This document shows positions 1-14,403 of a stretch of DNA of 64,000 nucleotides, in pieces. A program made the position numbers and the translations under genes. This DNA is from Eledone cirrhosa (taxonomy: Eukaryota), in the NCBI GenBank assembly GCA_964016885.1, contig OZ024741.1:263004001-263068000 (forward strand), in the 5' to 3' direction. Every line of letters begins with the position of its first letter. Position 1 is the first letter of the stretch. The notes beneath the pieces are model-generated. The model searched no databases. It had not been told where the DNA came from and worked only from the letters and a program-made list of their open reading frames with translations.

Positions 1-3000
1 ATGAGTGTTTCGACTTACTAATGTTTTTACTTACGAGTGTTCTGACTTACGAGTGTTCCGACTTACGAGTGTTCCGACTTACGAGTGTTTCGGCTTACGA
101 GTGTTTCCGGCTTACGAGTGTTTCGACTTACGAGTGTTTCGACTTACGAGTGTTTTGACTTACGGTGTTTCGACTTACGAGTGATTCGACTTACGAGTGT
201 TTTGACTTACGGGTGTTTTGACTTACGGGTGTTGTGAATTACGAGTGTTCCGATTTACGAGTGTTTTGACTTACGGTGTTTCGGCTTACGAGTGATTCGA
301 CTTACGAATGTTTTGACTTACGGGTGTTTCGGCTTGCTAGTGTTTCGACTTACGAGTGTTTCGGCTTATGAGTGTTTCGACTTACTACTGTTTTTACTTA
401 CGAGTGTTTCGGCGTACGAGTGTTTTGACTTACGAGTGTTTCGACTTACGAGTGTTTCGAATTACGAGTGTTCTGACTTGCGGGTGTTCTGATTTACGAG
501 TGTTCCGACTTACGAGTGTTTCGGCTTATGAGTGTTTCGACTTACGAGTGTTTCGGCTTACGAGTGTTTCGACTTATGGGTGTTTCGACATACGAGTGTT
601 TTGACTTACGGGTGTTTCGACTTACGAGTGTTTTGACTTACGAATGTTTTGACTTACGGGTGTTTCGGCTTACGAGTGTTTCGACTTACGAGTGTTTCGG
701 CTTACGAGTGTTTCGACTTACTAATGTTCTTACTTACGAGTGTTTCGGCGTACGAGAGTTTTGACTTACGAGTGTTTCGACTTACGAGTGTTTCGACTTA
801 CGAGTGTTTTGACTTACGAAAGTTTTGACTTACGGGTGTTTCGGCGTACGAGTGTTTTGACTTACGAGTGTTTCGACTTACGGGTGTTTTGACTTACGGG
901 TGTTTCGGCTTACGACTGTTTCGGCTTATGATTGTTTCGACTTACGAGTGTTTTGACTTACGGTGTTTCAGCCTACGAGTGTTTCGACTTACGAGTGTTT
1001 TGACTTACGGGTGTTTTGACATACGAGTGTTTCGATACGAGTGTTCTGACTTACGAGTGTTCTGACTTACGAGTGTTTTGACTTACGATTGTTCTGACTT
1101 ACGAGTGTTCCGACTTACGAGTGTTCCGACTTACGAGTGTTTCGGCTTACGAGTGTTTCCGGCTTACGAGTGTTTCGACTTACGAGTGTTTCGACTTACG
1201 GTGTTTCGGCTTACGAGTGATTCGACTTACGAGTGTTTTGACTTACGGGTGTTTTGACTTACGGGTGGTGTGAATTACGAGTGTTCCGATTTACGAGTGT
1301 TTTGACTTACGGTGTTTCGGCTTACGAGTGATTCGACTTACGAATGTTTTGACTTACGGGTGTTTCGGCTTGCGAGTGTTTCGACTTACGAGTGTTTCGG
1401 CTTATGAGTGTTTCGACTTACTAATGTTTTTACTTACGAGTGTTCTGACTTACGAGTGTTCCGACTTACGAGTGTTCCGACTTACGAGTGTTTCGGCTTA
1501 CGAGTGTTTCCGGCTTACGAGTGTTTCGACTTACGAGTGTTTCGACTTACGAGTGTTTTGACTTACGGTGTTTCGACTTACGAGTGATTCGACTTACGAC
1601 TGTTTTGACTTACGGGTGTTTTGACTTACGGGTGTTTCGATACGAGTGTTTCGACTTACGAGTGTTCTGACTTACGAGTGTTCTGACTTACGAGTGTTCT
1701 GACTTACGAGTGTTCTGATTTACGAGTGTTCCGACTTACGAGTGTTTCGGCTTACGAGTGTTTCGGCTTACGAGTGTTTCGACTTACGGGTGTTTTGACT
1801 TACGGGTGTTTCGGCTTACGAGTGTTTCGGCTTATGATTGTTTCGACTTACGAGTGTTTTGACTTACGGTGTTTCAGCTTACCAGTGTTTCGACTTACGA
1901 GTGTTTTGACTTACGGGTGTTTTGACATACGAGTGTTTCGATACGAGTGTTCTGACTTACGGGTGTTCTGACTTACGAGTGTTTTGACTTACGAGTGTTC
2001 TGACTTACGAGTGTTCCGACTTACGAGTGTTCCGACTTACGAGTGTTTCGGCTTACGAGTGTTTCCGGCTTACGAGTGTTTCGACTTACGAGTGTTTCGA
2101 CTTACGAGTGTTTTGACTTACGGTGTTTCGACTTACGAGTGATTCGACTTACGACTGTTTTGACTTACGGGTGTTTTGACTTACGGGTGTTTCGATACGA
2201 GTGTTTCGACTTACGAGTGTTCTGACTTACGAGTGTTCTGACTTACGAGTGTTCTGACTTACGAGTGTTCTGATTTACGAGTGTTCCGACTTACGAGTGT
2301 TTCGGCTTACGAGTGTTTCGGCTTACGAGTGTTTCGACTTACGAGTGTTTCGGCTTATGAGTGTTTCGACTTACTAATGTTTTTACTTACGAGTGTTCTG
2401 ACTTACGAGTGTTCCGACTTACGAGTGTTCCGACTTACGAGTGTTTCGGCTTACGAGTGTTTCCGGCTTACGAGTGTTTCGACTTACGAGTGTTTCGACT
2501 TACGAGTGTTTTGACTTACGGTGTTTCGACTTACGAGTGATTCGACTTACGAGTGTTTTGACTTACGGGTGTTTTGACTTACGGGTGTTGTGAATTACGA
2601 GTGTTCCGATTTACGAGTGTTTTGACTTACGGTGTTTCGGCTTACGAGTGATTCGACTTACGAATGTTTTGACTTACGGGTGTTTCGGCTTGCTAGTGTT
2701 TCGACTTACGAGTGTTTCGGCTTATGAGTGTTTCGACTTACTACTGTTTTTACTTACGAGTGTTTCGGCGTACGAGTGTTTTGACTTACGAGTGTTTCGA
2801 CTTACGAGTGTTTCGAATTACGAGTGTTTCGGCTTACGTGAGTTTCGACTTAAGAGTGTTCTGATTTACGAGTGTTCTGACTTGCGGGTGTTCTGATTTA
2901 CGAGTGTTCCGACTTACGAGTGTTTCGGCTTATGAGTGTTTCGACTTACGAGTGTTTCGGCTTACGAGTGTTTCGACTTATGGGTGTTTCGACATACGAG

Positions 3001-5591
3001 TGTTTTGACTTACGGGTGTTTCGACTTACGAGTGTTTTGACTTACGAATGTTTTGACTTACGGGTGTTTCGGCTTACGAGTGTTTCGACTTACGAGTGTT
3101 TCGGCTTACGAGTGTTTCGACTTACTAATGTTCTTACTTACGAGTGTTTCGGCGTACGAGAGTTTTGACTTACGAGTGTTTCGACTTACGAGTGTTTCGA
3201 CTTACGAGTGTTTTGACTTACGAAAGTTTTGACTTACGGGTGTTTCGGCGTACGAGTGTTTTGACTTACGAGTGTTTCGACTTACGGGTGTTTTGACTTA
3301 CGGGTGTTTCGGCTTACGAGTGTTTCGGCTTATGATTGTTTCGACTTACGAGTGTTTTGACTTACGGTGTTTCAGCCTACGAGTGTTTCGACTTACGAGT
3401 GTTTTGACTTACGGGTGTTTTGACATACGAGTGTTTCGATACGAGTGTTCTGACTTACGAGTGTTCTGACTTACGAGTGTTTTGACTTACGAGTGTTCTG
3501 ACTTACGAGTGTTCCGACTTACGAGTGTTCCGACTTACGAGTGTTTCGGCTTACGAGTGTTTCCGGCTTACGAGTGTTTCGACTTACGAGTGTTTCGACT
3601 TACGGTGTTTCGGCTTACGAGTGATTCGACTTACGAGTGTTTTGACTTACGGGTGTTTTGACTTACGGGTGTTGTGAATTACGAGTGTTCCGATTTACGA
3701 GTGTTTTGACTTACGGTGTTTCGGCTTACGAGTGATTCGACTTACGAATGTTTTGACTTACGGGTGTTTCGGCTTGCGAGTGTTTCGACTTACGAGTGTT
3801 TCGGCTTATGAGTGTTTCGACTTACTAATGTTTTTACTTACGAGTGTTCTGACTTACGAGTGTTCCGACTTACGAGTGTTCCGACTTACGAGTGTTTCGG
3901 CTTACGAGTGTTTCCGGCTTACGAGTGTTTCGACTTACGAGTGTTTCGACTTACGAGTGTTTTGACTTACGGTGTTTCGACTTACGAGTGATTCGACTTA
4001 CGAGTGTTTTGACTTACGGGTGTTTTGACTTACGGGTGTTTCGATACGAGTGTTTCGACTTACGAGTGTTCTGACTTACGAGTGTTCCGACTTACGAGTG
4101 TTTCGGCTTATGAGGGTTTCGACTTACGAGTGCTTCGGCTTACGAGTGTTTCGACTTACGAGTGTTTCGGATTACGAGTGTTTCGACTTACGAGTGTTTC
4201 GACTTACGAGTGTTTTGACTTACGGTGTTTCGGTTTACGAGTGTTTCGACATACGAGTGTTTTGACGTAGGGTGTTTCGACTTACGGGTCTTTCGACTTA
4301 AGAGTGTTTCGACTTACGAGCGCTTCGACTTACGAGTGTTTCGACTTACGAGTGTTTCGGCGTATGAGTGTTTTGACTTACGAGTGTTTCGACTTACGAG
4401 TGTTTCGACTTACGAGTGTTTCGAATTACGAGTGTTTCGACTTACGAGTGTTTTGACTTACGGTGTTTCTGCTTACGAGTGTTTCGACTTACGAGTGTTA
4501 TGACTTACGGGTGTTTTCACATACGAGTGTTTCGACTTACGAGTGTTTTGACTTACGGGTGTTTTGACATACGAGTGTTTTCACTTACGAATGTTTTGAC
4601 TTACGGGTGTTTCGGCTTACGAGTGTTTCGACTTACTAATATTTTTACTTACGAGTGTTTCGGCGTACGAGAGTTTTGACTTACGAGTGTTTCGACTTAC
4701 GAGTGTTTCGACTTACGAGTATTTTGACTTACGAATGTTTTGACTTACGGGTGTTTCGGCTTACGAGTGTTTCGACTTACGAGTCTTTCGGCTTACGAGT
4801 GTTTCGACTTACTAATGTTTTTACTTACGAGTGTTTCGGCGTACGAGTGTTTCGACTTCCGAGTGTTTCGACTTACGGGTGTTTTGACTTACGGGTGTTT
4901 CGGCTTACGAGTGTTTTGACTTACGAGTGTTTTGACTTAAGGGTGTTTCGACTGACGAGTATTTTTGGCTTACGAGTGTTTCGACTTACGAGTGTTTTGA
5001 CTTACGAGTGTTCTGATTTACGGATGTTTCGACATAAGAGTGTTTCGACTTACGAGTGTTTCGACTTATGAGTGTTTCGACTTACGAGTGTTTCGACTTA
5101 CGAGTGTTTCGGCTTATGATTGTTTCGACTTACGAGTGTTTTGACTTACGGTGTTTCAGCTTACGAGTGTTTCGACTTACGAGTGTTTTGACTTACGGGT
5201 GTTTTGACATACGAGTGTTTCGAAACGAGTGTTCTGACTTACGAGTGTTCTGACTTACGAGTGTTTTGACTTACGAGTGTTCTGACTTACGAGTGTTCCG
5301 ACTTACGAGTGTTCCGACTTACGAGTGTTTCGGCTTACGGGTGTTTCCTGCTTACGAGTGTTTCGTCTTACGAGTGTTTTGACTTACGGTGTTTCGGCTT
5401 ACGAGTGATTCGACTTACGAGTGTTTTGACTTACGGGTGTTTTGACTTACGGGTGTTGTGAATTACGAGTGTTCCGATTTACGAGTGTTTTGACTTACGG
5501 TGTTTCGGCTTACGAGTGATTCGACTTACGAATGTTTTGACTTACGGTTGTTTCGGCTTGCGAGTGTTTCGACTTACGAGTGTTTCGGCTT
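1..5591 (+). repeat. Left-domain HOR unit 1 (5591 bp)
   Basis: Sequence at 1 recurs at 5592. ORF-track pairs 292/5883, 1726/7317, 2648/8239 and 3732/9323 are all offset by 5591. Confidence 0.92.
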
Positions 5592-8500
5592 ATGAGTGTT
5601 TCGACTTACTAATGTTTTTACTTACGAGTGTTCTGACTTACGAGTGTTCCGACTTACGAGTGTTCCGACTTACGAGTGTTTCGGCTTACGAGTGTTTCCG
5701 GCTTACGAGTGTTTCGACTTACGAGTGTTTCGACTTACGAGTGTTTTGACTTACGGTGTTTCGACTTACGAGTGATTCGACTTACGAGTGTTTTGACTTA
5801 CGGGTGTTTTGACTTACGGGTGTTGTGAATTACGAGTGTTCCGATTTACGAGTGTTTTGACTTACGGTGTTTCGGCTTACGAGTGATTCGACTTACGAAT
5901 GTTTTGACTTACGGGTGTTTCGGCTTGCTAGTGTTTCGACTTACGAGTGTTTCGGCTTATGAGTGTTTCGACTTACTACTGTTTTTACTTACGAGTGTTT
6001 CGGCGTACGAGTGTTTTGACTTACGAGTGTTTCGACTTACGAGTGTTTCGAATTACGAGTGTTCTGACTTGCGGGTGTTCTGATTTACGAGTGTTCCGAC
6101 TTACGAGTGTTTCGGCTTATGAGTGTTTCGACTTACGAGTGTTTCGGCTTACGAGTGTTTCGACTTATGGGTGTTTCGACATACGAGTGTTTTGACTTAC
6201 GGGTGTTTCGACTTACGAGTGTTTTGACTTACGAATGTTTTGACTTACGGGTGTTTCGGCTTACGAGTGTTTCGACTTACGAGTGTTTCGGCTTACGAGT
6301 GTTTCGACTTACTAATGTTCTTACTTACGAGTGTTTCGGCGTACGAGAGTTTTGACTTACGAGTGTTTCGACTTACGAGTGTTTCGACTTACGAGTGTTT
6401 TGACTTACGAAAGTTTTGACTTACGGGTGTTTCGGCGTACGAGTGTTTTGACTTACGAGTGTTTCGACTTACGGGTGTTTTGACTTACGGGTGTTTCGGC
6501 TTACGACTGTTTCGGCTTATGATTGTTTCGACTTACGAGTGTTTTGACTTACGGTGTTTCAGCCTACGAGTGTTTCGACTTACGAGTGTTTTGACTTACG
6601 GGTGTTTTGACATACGAGTGTTTCGATACGAGTGTTCTGACTTACGAGTGTTCTGACTTACGAGTGTTTTGACTTACGAGTGTTCTGACTTACGAGTGTT
6701 CCGACTTACGAGTGTTCCGACTTACGAGTGTTTCGGCTTACGAGTGTTTCCGGCTTACGAGTGTTTCGACTTACGAGTGTTTCGACTTACGGTGTTTCGG
6801 CTTACGAGTGATTCGACTTACGAGTGTTTTGACTTACGGGTGTTTTGACTTACGGGTGGTGTGAATTACGAGTGTTCCGATTTACGAGTGTTTTGACTTA
6901 CGGTGTTTCGGCTTACGAGTGATTCGACTTACGAATGTTTTGACTTACGGGTGTTTCGGCTTGCGAGTGTTTCGACTTACGAGTGTTTCGGCTTATGAGT
7001 GTTTCGACTTACTAATGTTTTTACTTACGAGTGTTCTGACTTACGAGTGTTCCGACTTACGAGTGTTCCGACTTACGAGTGTTTCGGCTTACGAGTGTTT
7101 CCGGCTTACGAGTGTTTCGACTTACGAGTGTTTCGACTTACGAGTGTTTTGACTTACGGTGTTTCGACTTACGAGTGATTCGACTTACGACTGTTTTGAC
7201 TTACGGGTGTTTTGACTTACGGGTGTTTCGATACGAGTGTTTCGACTTACGAGTGTTCTGACTTACGAGTGTTCTGACTTACGAGTGTTCTGACTTACGA
7301 GTGTTCTGATTTACGAGTGTTCCGACTTACGAGTGTTTCGGCTTACGAGTGTTTCGGCTTACGAGTGTTTCGACTTACGGGTGTTTTGACTTACGGGTGT
7401 TTCGGCTTACGAGTGTTTCGGCTTATGATTGTTTCGACTTACGAGTGTTTTGACTTACGGTGTTTCAGCTTACCAGTGTTTCGACTTACGAGTGTTTTGA
7501 CTTACGGGTGTTTTGACATACGAGTGTTTCGATACGAGTGTTCTGACTTACGGGTGTTCTGACTTACGAGTGTTTTGACTTACGAGTGTTCTGACTTACG
7601 AGTGTTCCGACTTACGAGTGTTCCGACTTACGAGTGTTTCGGCTTACGAGTGTTTCCGGCTTACGAGTGTTTCGACTTACGAGTGTTTCGACTTACGAGT
7701 GTTTTGACTTACGGTGTTTCGACTTACGAGTGATTCGACTTACGACTGTTTTGACTTACGGGTGTTTTGACTTACGGGTGTTTCGATACGAGTGTTTCGA
7801 CTTACGAGTGTTCTGACTTACGAGTGTTCTGACTTACGAGTGTTCTGACTTACGAGTGTTCTGATTTACGAGTGTTCCGACTTACGAGTGTTTCGGCTTA
7901 CGAGTGTTTCGGCTTACGAGTGTTTCGACTTACGAGTGTTTCGGCTTATGAGTGTTTCGACTTACTAATGTTTTTACTTACGAGTGTTCTGACTTACGAG
8001 TGTTCCGACTTACGAGTGTTCCGACTTACGAGTGTTTCGGCTTACGAGTGTTTCCGGCTTACGAGTGTTTCGACTTACGAGTGTTTCGACTTACGAGTGT
8101 TTTGACTTACGGTGTTTCGACTTACGAGTGATTCGACTTACGAGTGTTTTGACTTACGGGTGTTTTGACTTACGGGTGTTGTGAATTACGAGTGTTCCGA
8201 TTTACGAGTGTTTTGACTTACGGTGTTTCGGCTTACGAGTGATTCGACTTACGAATGTTTTGACTTACGGGTGTTTCGGCTTGCTAGTGTTTCGACTTAC
8301 GAGTGTTTCGGCTTATGAGTGTTTCGACTTACTACTGTTTTTACTTACGAGTGTTTCGGCGTACGAGTGTTTTGACTTACGAGTGTTTCGACTTACGAGT
8401 GTTTCGAATTACGAGTGTTTCGGCTTACGTGAGTTTCGACTTAAGAGTGTTCTGATTTACGAGTGTTCTGACTTGCGGGTGTTCTGATTTACGAGTGTTC

Positions 8501-11199
8501 CGACTTACGAGTGTTTCGGCTTATGAGTGTTTCGACTTACGAGTGTTTCGGCTTACGAGTGTTTCGACTTATGGGTGTTTCGACATACGAGTGTTTTGAC
8601 TTACGGGTGTTTCGACTTACGAGTGTTTTGACTTACGAATGTTTTGACTTACGGGTGTTTCGGCTTACGAGTGTTTCGACTTACGAGTGTTTCGGCTTAC
8701 GAGTGTTTCGACTTACTAATGTTCTTACTTACGAGTGTTTCGGCGTACGAGAGTTTTGACTTACGAGTGTTTCGACTTACGAGTGTTTCGACTTACGAGT
8801 GTTTTGACTTACGAAAGTTTTGACTTACGGGTGTTTCGGCGTACGAGTGTTTTGACTTACGAGTGTTTCGACTTACGGGTGTTTTGACTTACGGGTGTTT
8901 CGGCTTACGAGTGTTTCGGCTTATGATTGTTTCGACTTACGAGTGTTTTGACTTACGGTGTTTCAGCCTACGAGTGTTTCGACTTACGAGTGTTTTGACT
9001 TACGGGTGTTTTGACATACGAGTGTTTCGATACGAGTGTTCTGACTTACGAGTGTTCTGACTTACGAGTGTTTTGACTTACGAGTGTTCTGACTTACGAG
9101 TGTTCCGACTTACGAGTGTTCCGACTTACGAGTGTTTCGGCTTACGAGTGTTTCCGGCTTACGAGTGTTTCGACTTACGAGTGTTTCGACTTACGGTGTT
9201 TCGGCTTACGAGTGATTCGACTTACGAGTGTTTTGACTTACGGGTGTTTTGACTTACGGGTGTTGTGAATTACGAGTGTTCCGATTTACGAGTGTTTTGA
9301 CTTACGGTGTTTCGGCTTACGAGTGATTCGACTTACGAATGTTTTGACTTACGGGTGTTTCGGCTTGCGAGTGTTTCGACTTACGAGTGTTTCGGCTTAT
9401 GAGTGTTTCGACTTACTAATGTTTTTACTTACGAGTGTTCTGACTTACGAGTGTTCCGACTTACGAGTGTTCCGACTTACGAGTGTTTCGGCTTACGAGT
9501 GTTTCCGGCTTACGAGTGTTTCGACTTACGAGTGTTTCGACTTACGAGTGTTTTGACTTACGGTGTTTCGACTTACGAGTGATTCGACTTACGACTGTTT
9601 TGACTTACGGGTGTTTTGACTTACGGGTGTTTCGATACGAGTGTTTCGACTTACGAGTGTTCTGACTTACGAGTGTTCCGACTTACGAGTGTTTCGGCTT
9701 ATGAGGGTTTCGACTTACGAGTGCTTCGGCTTACGAGTGTTTCGACTTACGAGTGTTTCGGATTACGAGTGTTTCGACTTACGAGTGTTTCGACTTACGA
9801 GTGTTTTGACTTACGGTGTTTCGGTTTACGAGTGTTTCGACATACGAGTGTTTTGACGTACGGGTGTTTCGACTTACGGGTCTTTCGACTTAAGAGTGTT
9901 TCGACTTACGAGCGCTTCGACTTACGAGTGTTTCGACTTACGAGTGTTTCGGCGTATGAGTGTTTTGACTTACGAGTGTTTCGACTTACGAGTGTTTCGA
10001 CTTACGAGTGTTTCGAATTACGAGTGTTTCGACTTACGAGTGTTTTGACTTACGAGTGTTTTGACTTACGGTGTTTCTGCTTACGAGTGTTTCGACTTAC
10101 GAGTGTTATGACTTACGGGTGTTTTCACATACGAGTGTTTCGACTTACGAGTGTTTTGACTTACGGGTGTTTTGACATACGAGTGTTTTCACTTACGAAT
10201 GTTTTGACTTACGGGTGTTTCGGCTTACGAGTGTTTCGACTTACTAATATTTTTACTTACGAGTGTTTCGGCGTACGAGAGTTTTGACTTACGAGTGTTT
10301 CGACTTACGAGTGTTTCGACTTTCGAGTATTTTGACTTACGAATGTTTTGACTTACGGGTGTTTCGGCTTACGAGTGTTTCGACTTACGAGTCTTTCGGC
10401 TTACGAGTGTTTCGACTTACTAATGTTTTTACTTACGAGTGTTTCGGCGTACGAGTGTTTCGACTTCCGAGTGTTTCGACTTACGGGTGTTTTGACTTAC
10501 GGGTGTTTCGGCTTACGAGTGTTTTGACTTACGAGTGTTTTGACTTAAGGGTGTTTCGACTGACGAGTATTTTTGGCTTACGAGTGTTTCGACTTACGAG
10601 TGTTTTGACTTACGAGTGTTCTGATTTACGGATGTTTCGACATAAGAGTGTTTCGACTTACGAGTGTTTCGACTTATGAGTGTTTCGACTTACGAGTGTT
10701 TCGACTTACGAGTGTTTCGGCTTATGATTGTTTCGACTTACGAGTGTTTTGACTTACGGTGTTTCAGCTTACGAGTGTTTCGACTTACGAGTGTTTTGAC
10801 TTACGGGTGTTTTGACATACGAGTGTTTCGAAACGAGTGTTCTGACTTACGAGTGTTCTGACTTACGAGTGTTTTGACTTACGAGTGTTCTGACTTACGA
10901 GTGTTCCGACTTACGAGTGTTCCGACTTACGAGTGTTTCGGCTTACGGGTGTTTCCTGCTTACGAGTGTTTCGACTTACGAGTGTTTTGACTTACGGTGT
11001 TTCGGCTTACGAGTGATTCGACTTACGAGTGTTTTGACTTACGGGTGTTTTGACTTACGGGTGTTGTGAATTACGAGTGTTCCGATTTACGAGTGTTTTG
11101 ACTTACGGTGTTTCGGCTTACGAGTGATTCGACTTACGAATGTTTTGACTTACGGTTGTTTCGGCTTGCGAGTGTTTCGACTTACGAGTGTTTCGGCTT
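5592..11199 (+). repeat. Left-domain HOR unit 2 (5608 bp)
   Basis: Offsets 4655/10263, 5056/10664 and 5883/11491 are all 5608. This equals unit 1 plus one monomer (~10040) plus 1 bp (GACGTACGGG at ~9855 vs GACGTAGGG at ~4264). Confidence 0.92.
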
Positions 11200-14100
11200 A
11201 TGAGTGTTTCGACTTACTAATGTTTTTACTTACGAGTGTTCTGACTTACGAGTGTTCCGACTTACGAGTGTTCCGACTTACGAGTGTTTCGGCTTACGAG
11301 TGTTTCCGGCTTACGAGTGTTTCGACTTACGAGTGTTTCGACTTACGAGTGTTTTGACTTACGGTGTTTCGACTTACGAGTGATTCGACTTACGAGTGTT
11401 TTGACTTACGGGTGTTTTGACTTACGGGTGTTGTGAATTACGAGTGTTCCGATTTACGAGTGTTTTGACTTACGGTGTTTCGGCTTACGAGTGATTCGAC
11501 TTACGAATGTTTTGACTTACGGGTGTTTCGGCTTGCTAGTGTTTCGACTTACGAGTGTTTCGGCTTATGAGTGTTTCGACTTACTACTGTTTTTACTTAC
11601 GAGTGTTTCGGCGTACGAGTGTTTTGACTTACGAGTGTTTCGACTTACGAGTGTTTCGAATTACGAGTGTTCTGACTTGCGGGTGTTCTGATTTACGAGT
11701 GTTCCGACTTACGAGTGTTTCGGCTTATGAGTGTTTCGACTTACGAGTGTTTCGGCTTACGAGTGTTTCGACTTATGGGTGTTTCGACATACGAGTGTTT
11801 TGACTTACGGGTGTTTCGACTTACGAGTGTTTTGACTTACGAATGTTTTGACTTACGGGTGTTTCGGCTTACGAGTGTTTCGACTTACGAGTGTTTCGGC
11901 TTACGAGTGTTTCGACTTACTAATGTTCTTACTTACGAGTGTTTCGGCGTACGAGAGTTTTGACTTACGAGTGTTTCGACTTACGAGTGTTTCGACTTAC
12001 GAGTGTTTTGACTTACGAAAGTTTTGACTTACGGGTGTTTCGGCGTACGAGTGTTTTGACTTACGAGTGTTTCGACTTACGGGTGTTTTGACTTACGGGT
12101 GTTTCGGCTTACGAGTGTTTCGGCTTATGATTGTTTCGACTTACGAGTGTTTTGACTTACGGTGTTTCAGCCTACGAGTGTTTCGACTTACGAGTGTTTT
12201 GACTTACGGGTGTTTTGACATACGAGTGTTTCGATACGAGTGTTCTGACTTACGAGTGTTCTGACTTACGAGTGTTTTGACTTACGAGTGTTCTGACTTA
12301 CGAGTGTTCCGACTTACGAGTGTTCCGACTTACGAGTGTTTCGGCTTACGAGTGTTTCCGGCTTACGAGTGTTTCGACTTACGAGTGTTTCGACTTACGG
12401 TGTTTCGGCTTACGAGTGATTCGACTTACGAGTGTTTTGACTTACGGGTGTTTTGACTTACGGGTGTTGTGAATTACGAGTGTTCCGATTTACGAGTGTT
12501 TTGACTTACGGTGTTTCGGCTTACGAGTGATTCGACTTACGAATGTTTTGACTTACGGGTGTTTCGGCTTGCGAGTGTTTCGACTTACGAGTGTTTCGGC
12601 TTATGAGTGTTTCGACTTACTAATGTTTTTACTTACGAGTGTTCTGACTTACGAGTGTTCCGACTTACGAGTGTTCCGACTTACGAGTGTTTCGGCTTAC
12701 GAGTGTTTCCGGCTTACGAGTGTTTCGACTTACGAGTGTTTCGACTTACGAGTGTTTTGACTTACGGTGTTTCGACTTACGAGTGATTCGACTTACGACT
12801 GTTTTGACTTACGGGTGTTTTGACTTACGGGTGTTTCGATACGAGTGTTTCGACTTACGAGTGTTCTGACTTACGAGTGTTCCGACTTACGAGTGTTTCG
12901 GCTTATGAGGGTTTCGACTTACGAGTGCTTCGGCTTACGAGTGTTTCGACTTACGAGTGTTTCGGATTACGAGTGTTTCGACTTACGAGTGTTTCGACTT
13001 ACGAGTGTTTTGACTTACGGTGTTTCGGTTTACGAGTGTTTCGACATACGAGTGTTTTGACGTACGGGTGTTTCGACTTACGGGTCTTTCGACTTAAGAG
13101 TGTTTCGACTTACGAGCGCTTCGACTTACGAGTGTTTCGACTTACGAGTGTTTCGGCGTATGAGTGTTTTGACTTACGAGTGTTTCGACTTACGAGTGTT
13201 TCGACTTACGAGTGTTTCGAATTACGAGTGTTTCGACTTACGAGTGTTTTGACTTACGAGTGTTTTGACTTACGGTGTTTCTGCTTACGAGTGTTTCGAC
13301 TTACGAGTGTTATGACTTACGGGTGTTTTCACATACGAGTGTTTCGACTTACGAGTGTTTTGACTTACGGGTGTTTTGACATACGAGTGTTTTCACTTAC
13401 GAATGTTTTGACTTACGGGTGTTTCGGCTTACGAGTGTTTCGACTTACTAATATTTTTACTTACGAGTGTTTCGGCGTACGAGAGTTTTGACTTACGAGT
13501 GTTTCGACTTACGAGTGTTTCGACTTTCGAGTATTTTGACTTACGAATGTTTTGACTTACGGGTGTTTCGGCTTACGAGTGTTTCGACTTACGAGTCTTT
13601 CGGCTTACGAGTGTTTCGACTTACTAATGTTTTTACTTACGAGTGTTTCGGCGTACGAGTGTTTCGACTTCCGAGTGTTTCGACTTACGGGTGTTTTGAC
13701 TTACGGGTGTTTCGGCTTACGAGTGTTTTGACTTACGAGTGTTTTGACTTAAGGGTGTTTCGACTGACGAGTATTTTTGGCTTACGAGTGTTTCGACTTA
13801 CGAGTGTTTTGACTTACGAGTGTTCTGATTTACGGATGTTTCGACATAAGAGTGTTTCGACTTACGAGTGTTTCGACTTATGAGTGTTTCGACTTACGAG
13901 TGTTTCGACTTACGAGTGTTTCGGCTTATGATTGTTTCGACTTACGAGTGTTTTGACTTACGGTGTTTCAGCTTACGAGTGTTTCGACTTACGAGTGTTT
14001 TGACTTACGGGTGTTTTGACATACGAGTGTTTCGAAACGAGTGTTCTGACTTACGAGTGTTCTGACTTACGAGTGTTTTGACTTACGAGTGTTCTGACTT

Positions 14101-14403
14101 ACGAGTGTTCCGACTTACGAGTGTTCCGACTTACGAGTGTTTCGGCTTACGGGTGTTTCCTGCTTACGAGTGTTTCGACTTACGAGTGTTTTGACTTACG
14201 GTGTTTCGGCTTACGAGTGATTCGACTTACGAGTGTTTTGACTTACGGGTGTTTTGACTTACGGGTGTTGTGAATTACGAGTGTTCCGATTTACGAGTGT
14301 TTTGACTTACGGTGTTTCGGCTTACGAGTGATTCGACTTACGAATGTTTTGACTTACGGTTGTTTCGGCTTGCGAGTGTTTCGACTTACGAGTGTTTCGG
14401 CTT
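11200..14403 (+). repeat. Left-domain HOR unit 3 (3204 bp; internal 2404-bp deletion derivative)
   Basis: Offsets 9616/12820, 10263/13467 and 11491/14695 are all 3204. It shares rare markers GAGCGCTTCG and TATGAGGGTTTC with units 1-2 and GACTTTCGAGTATT with unit 2. Confidence 0.9.
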
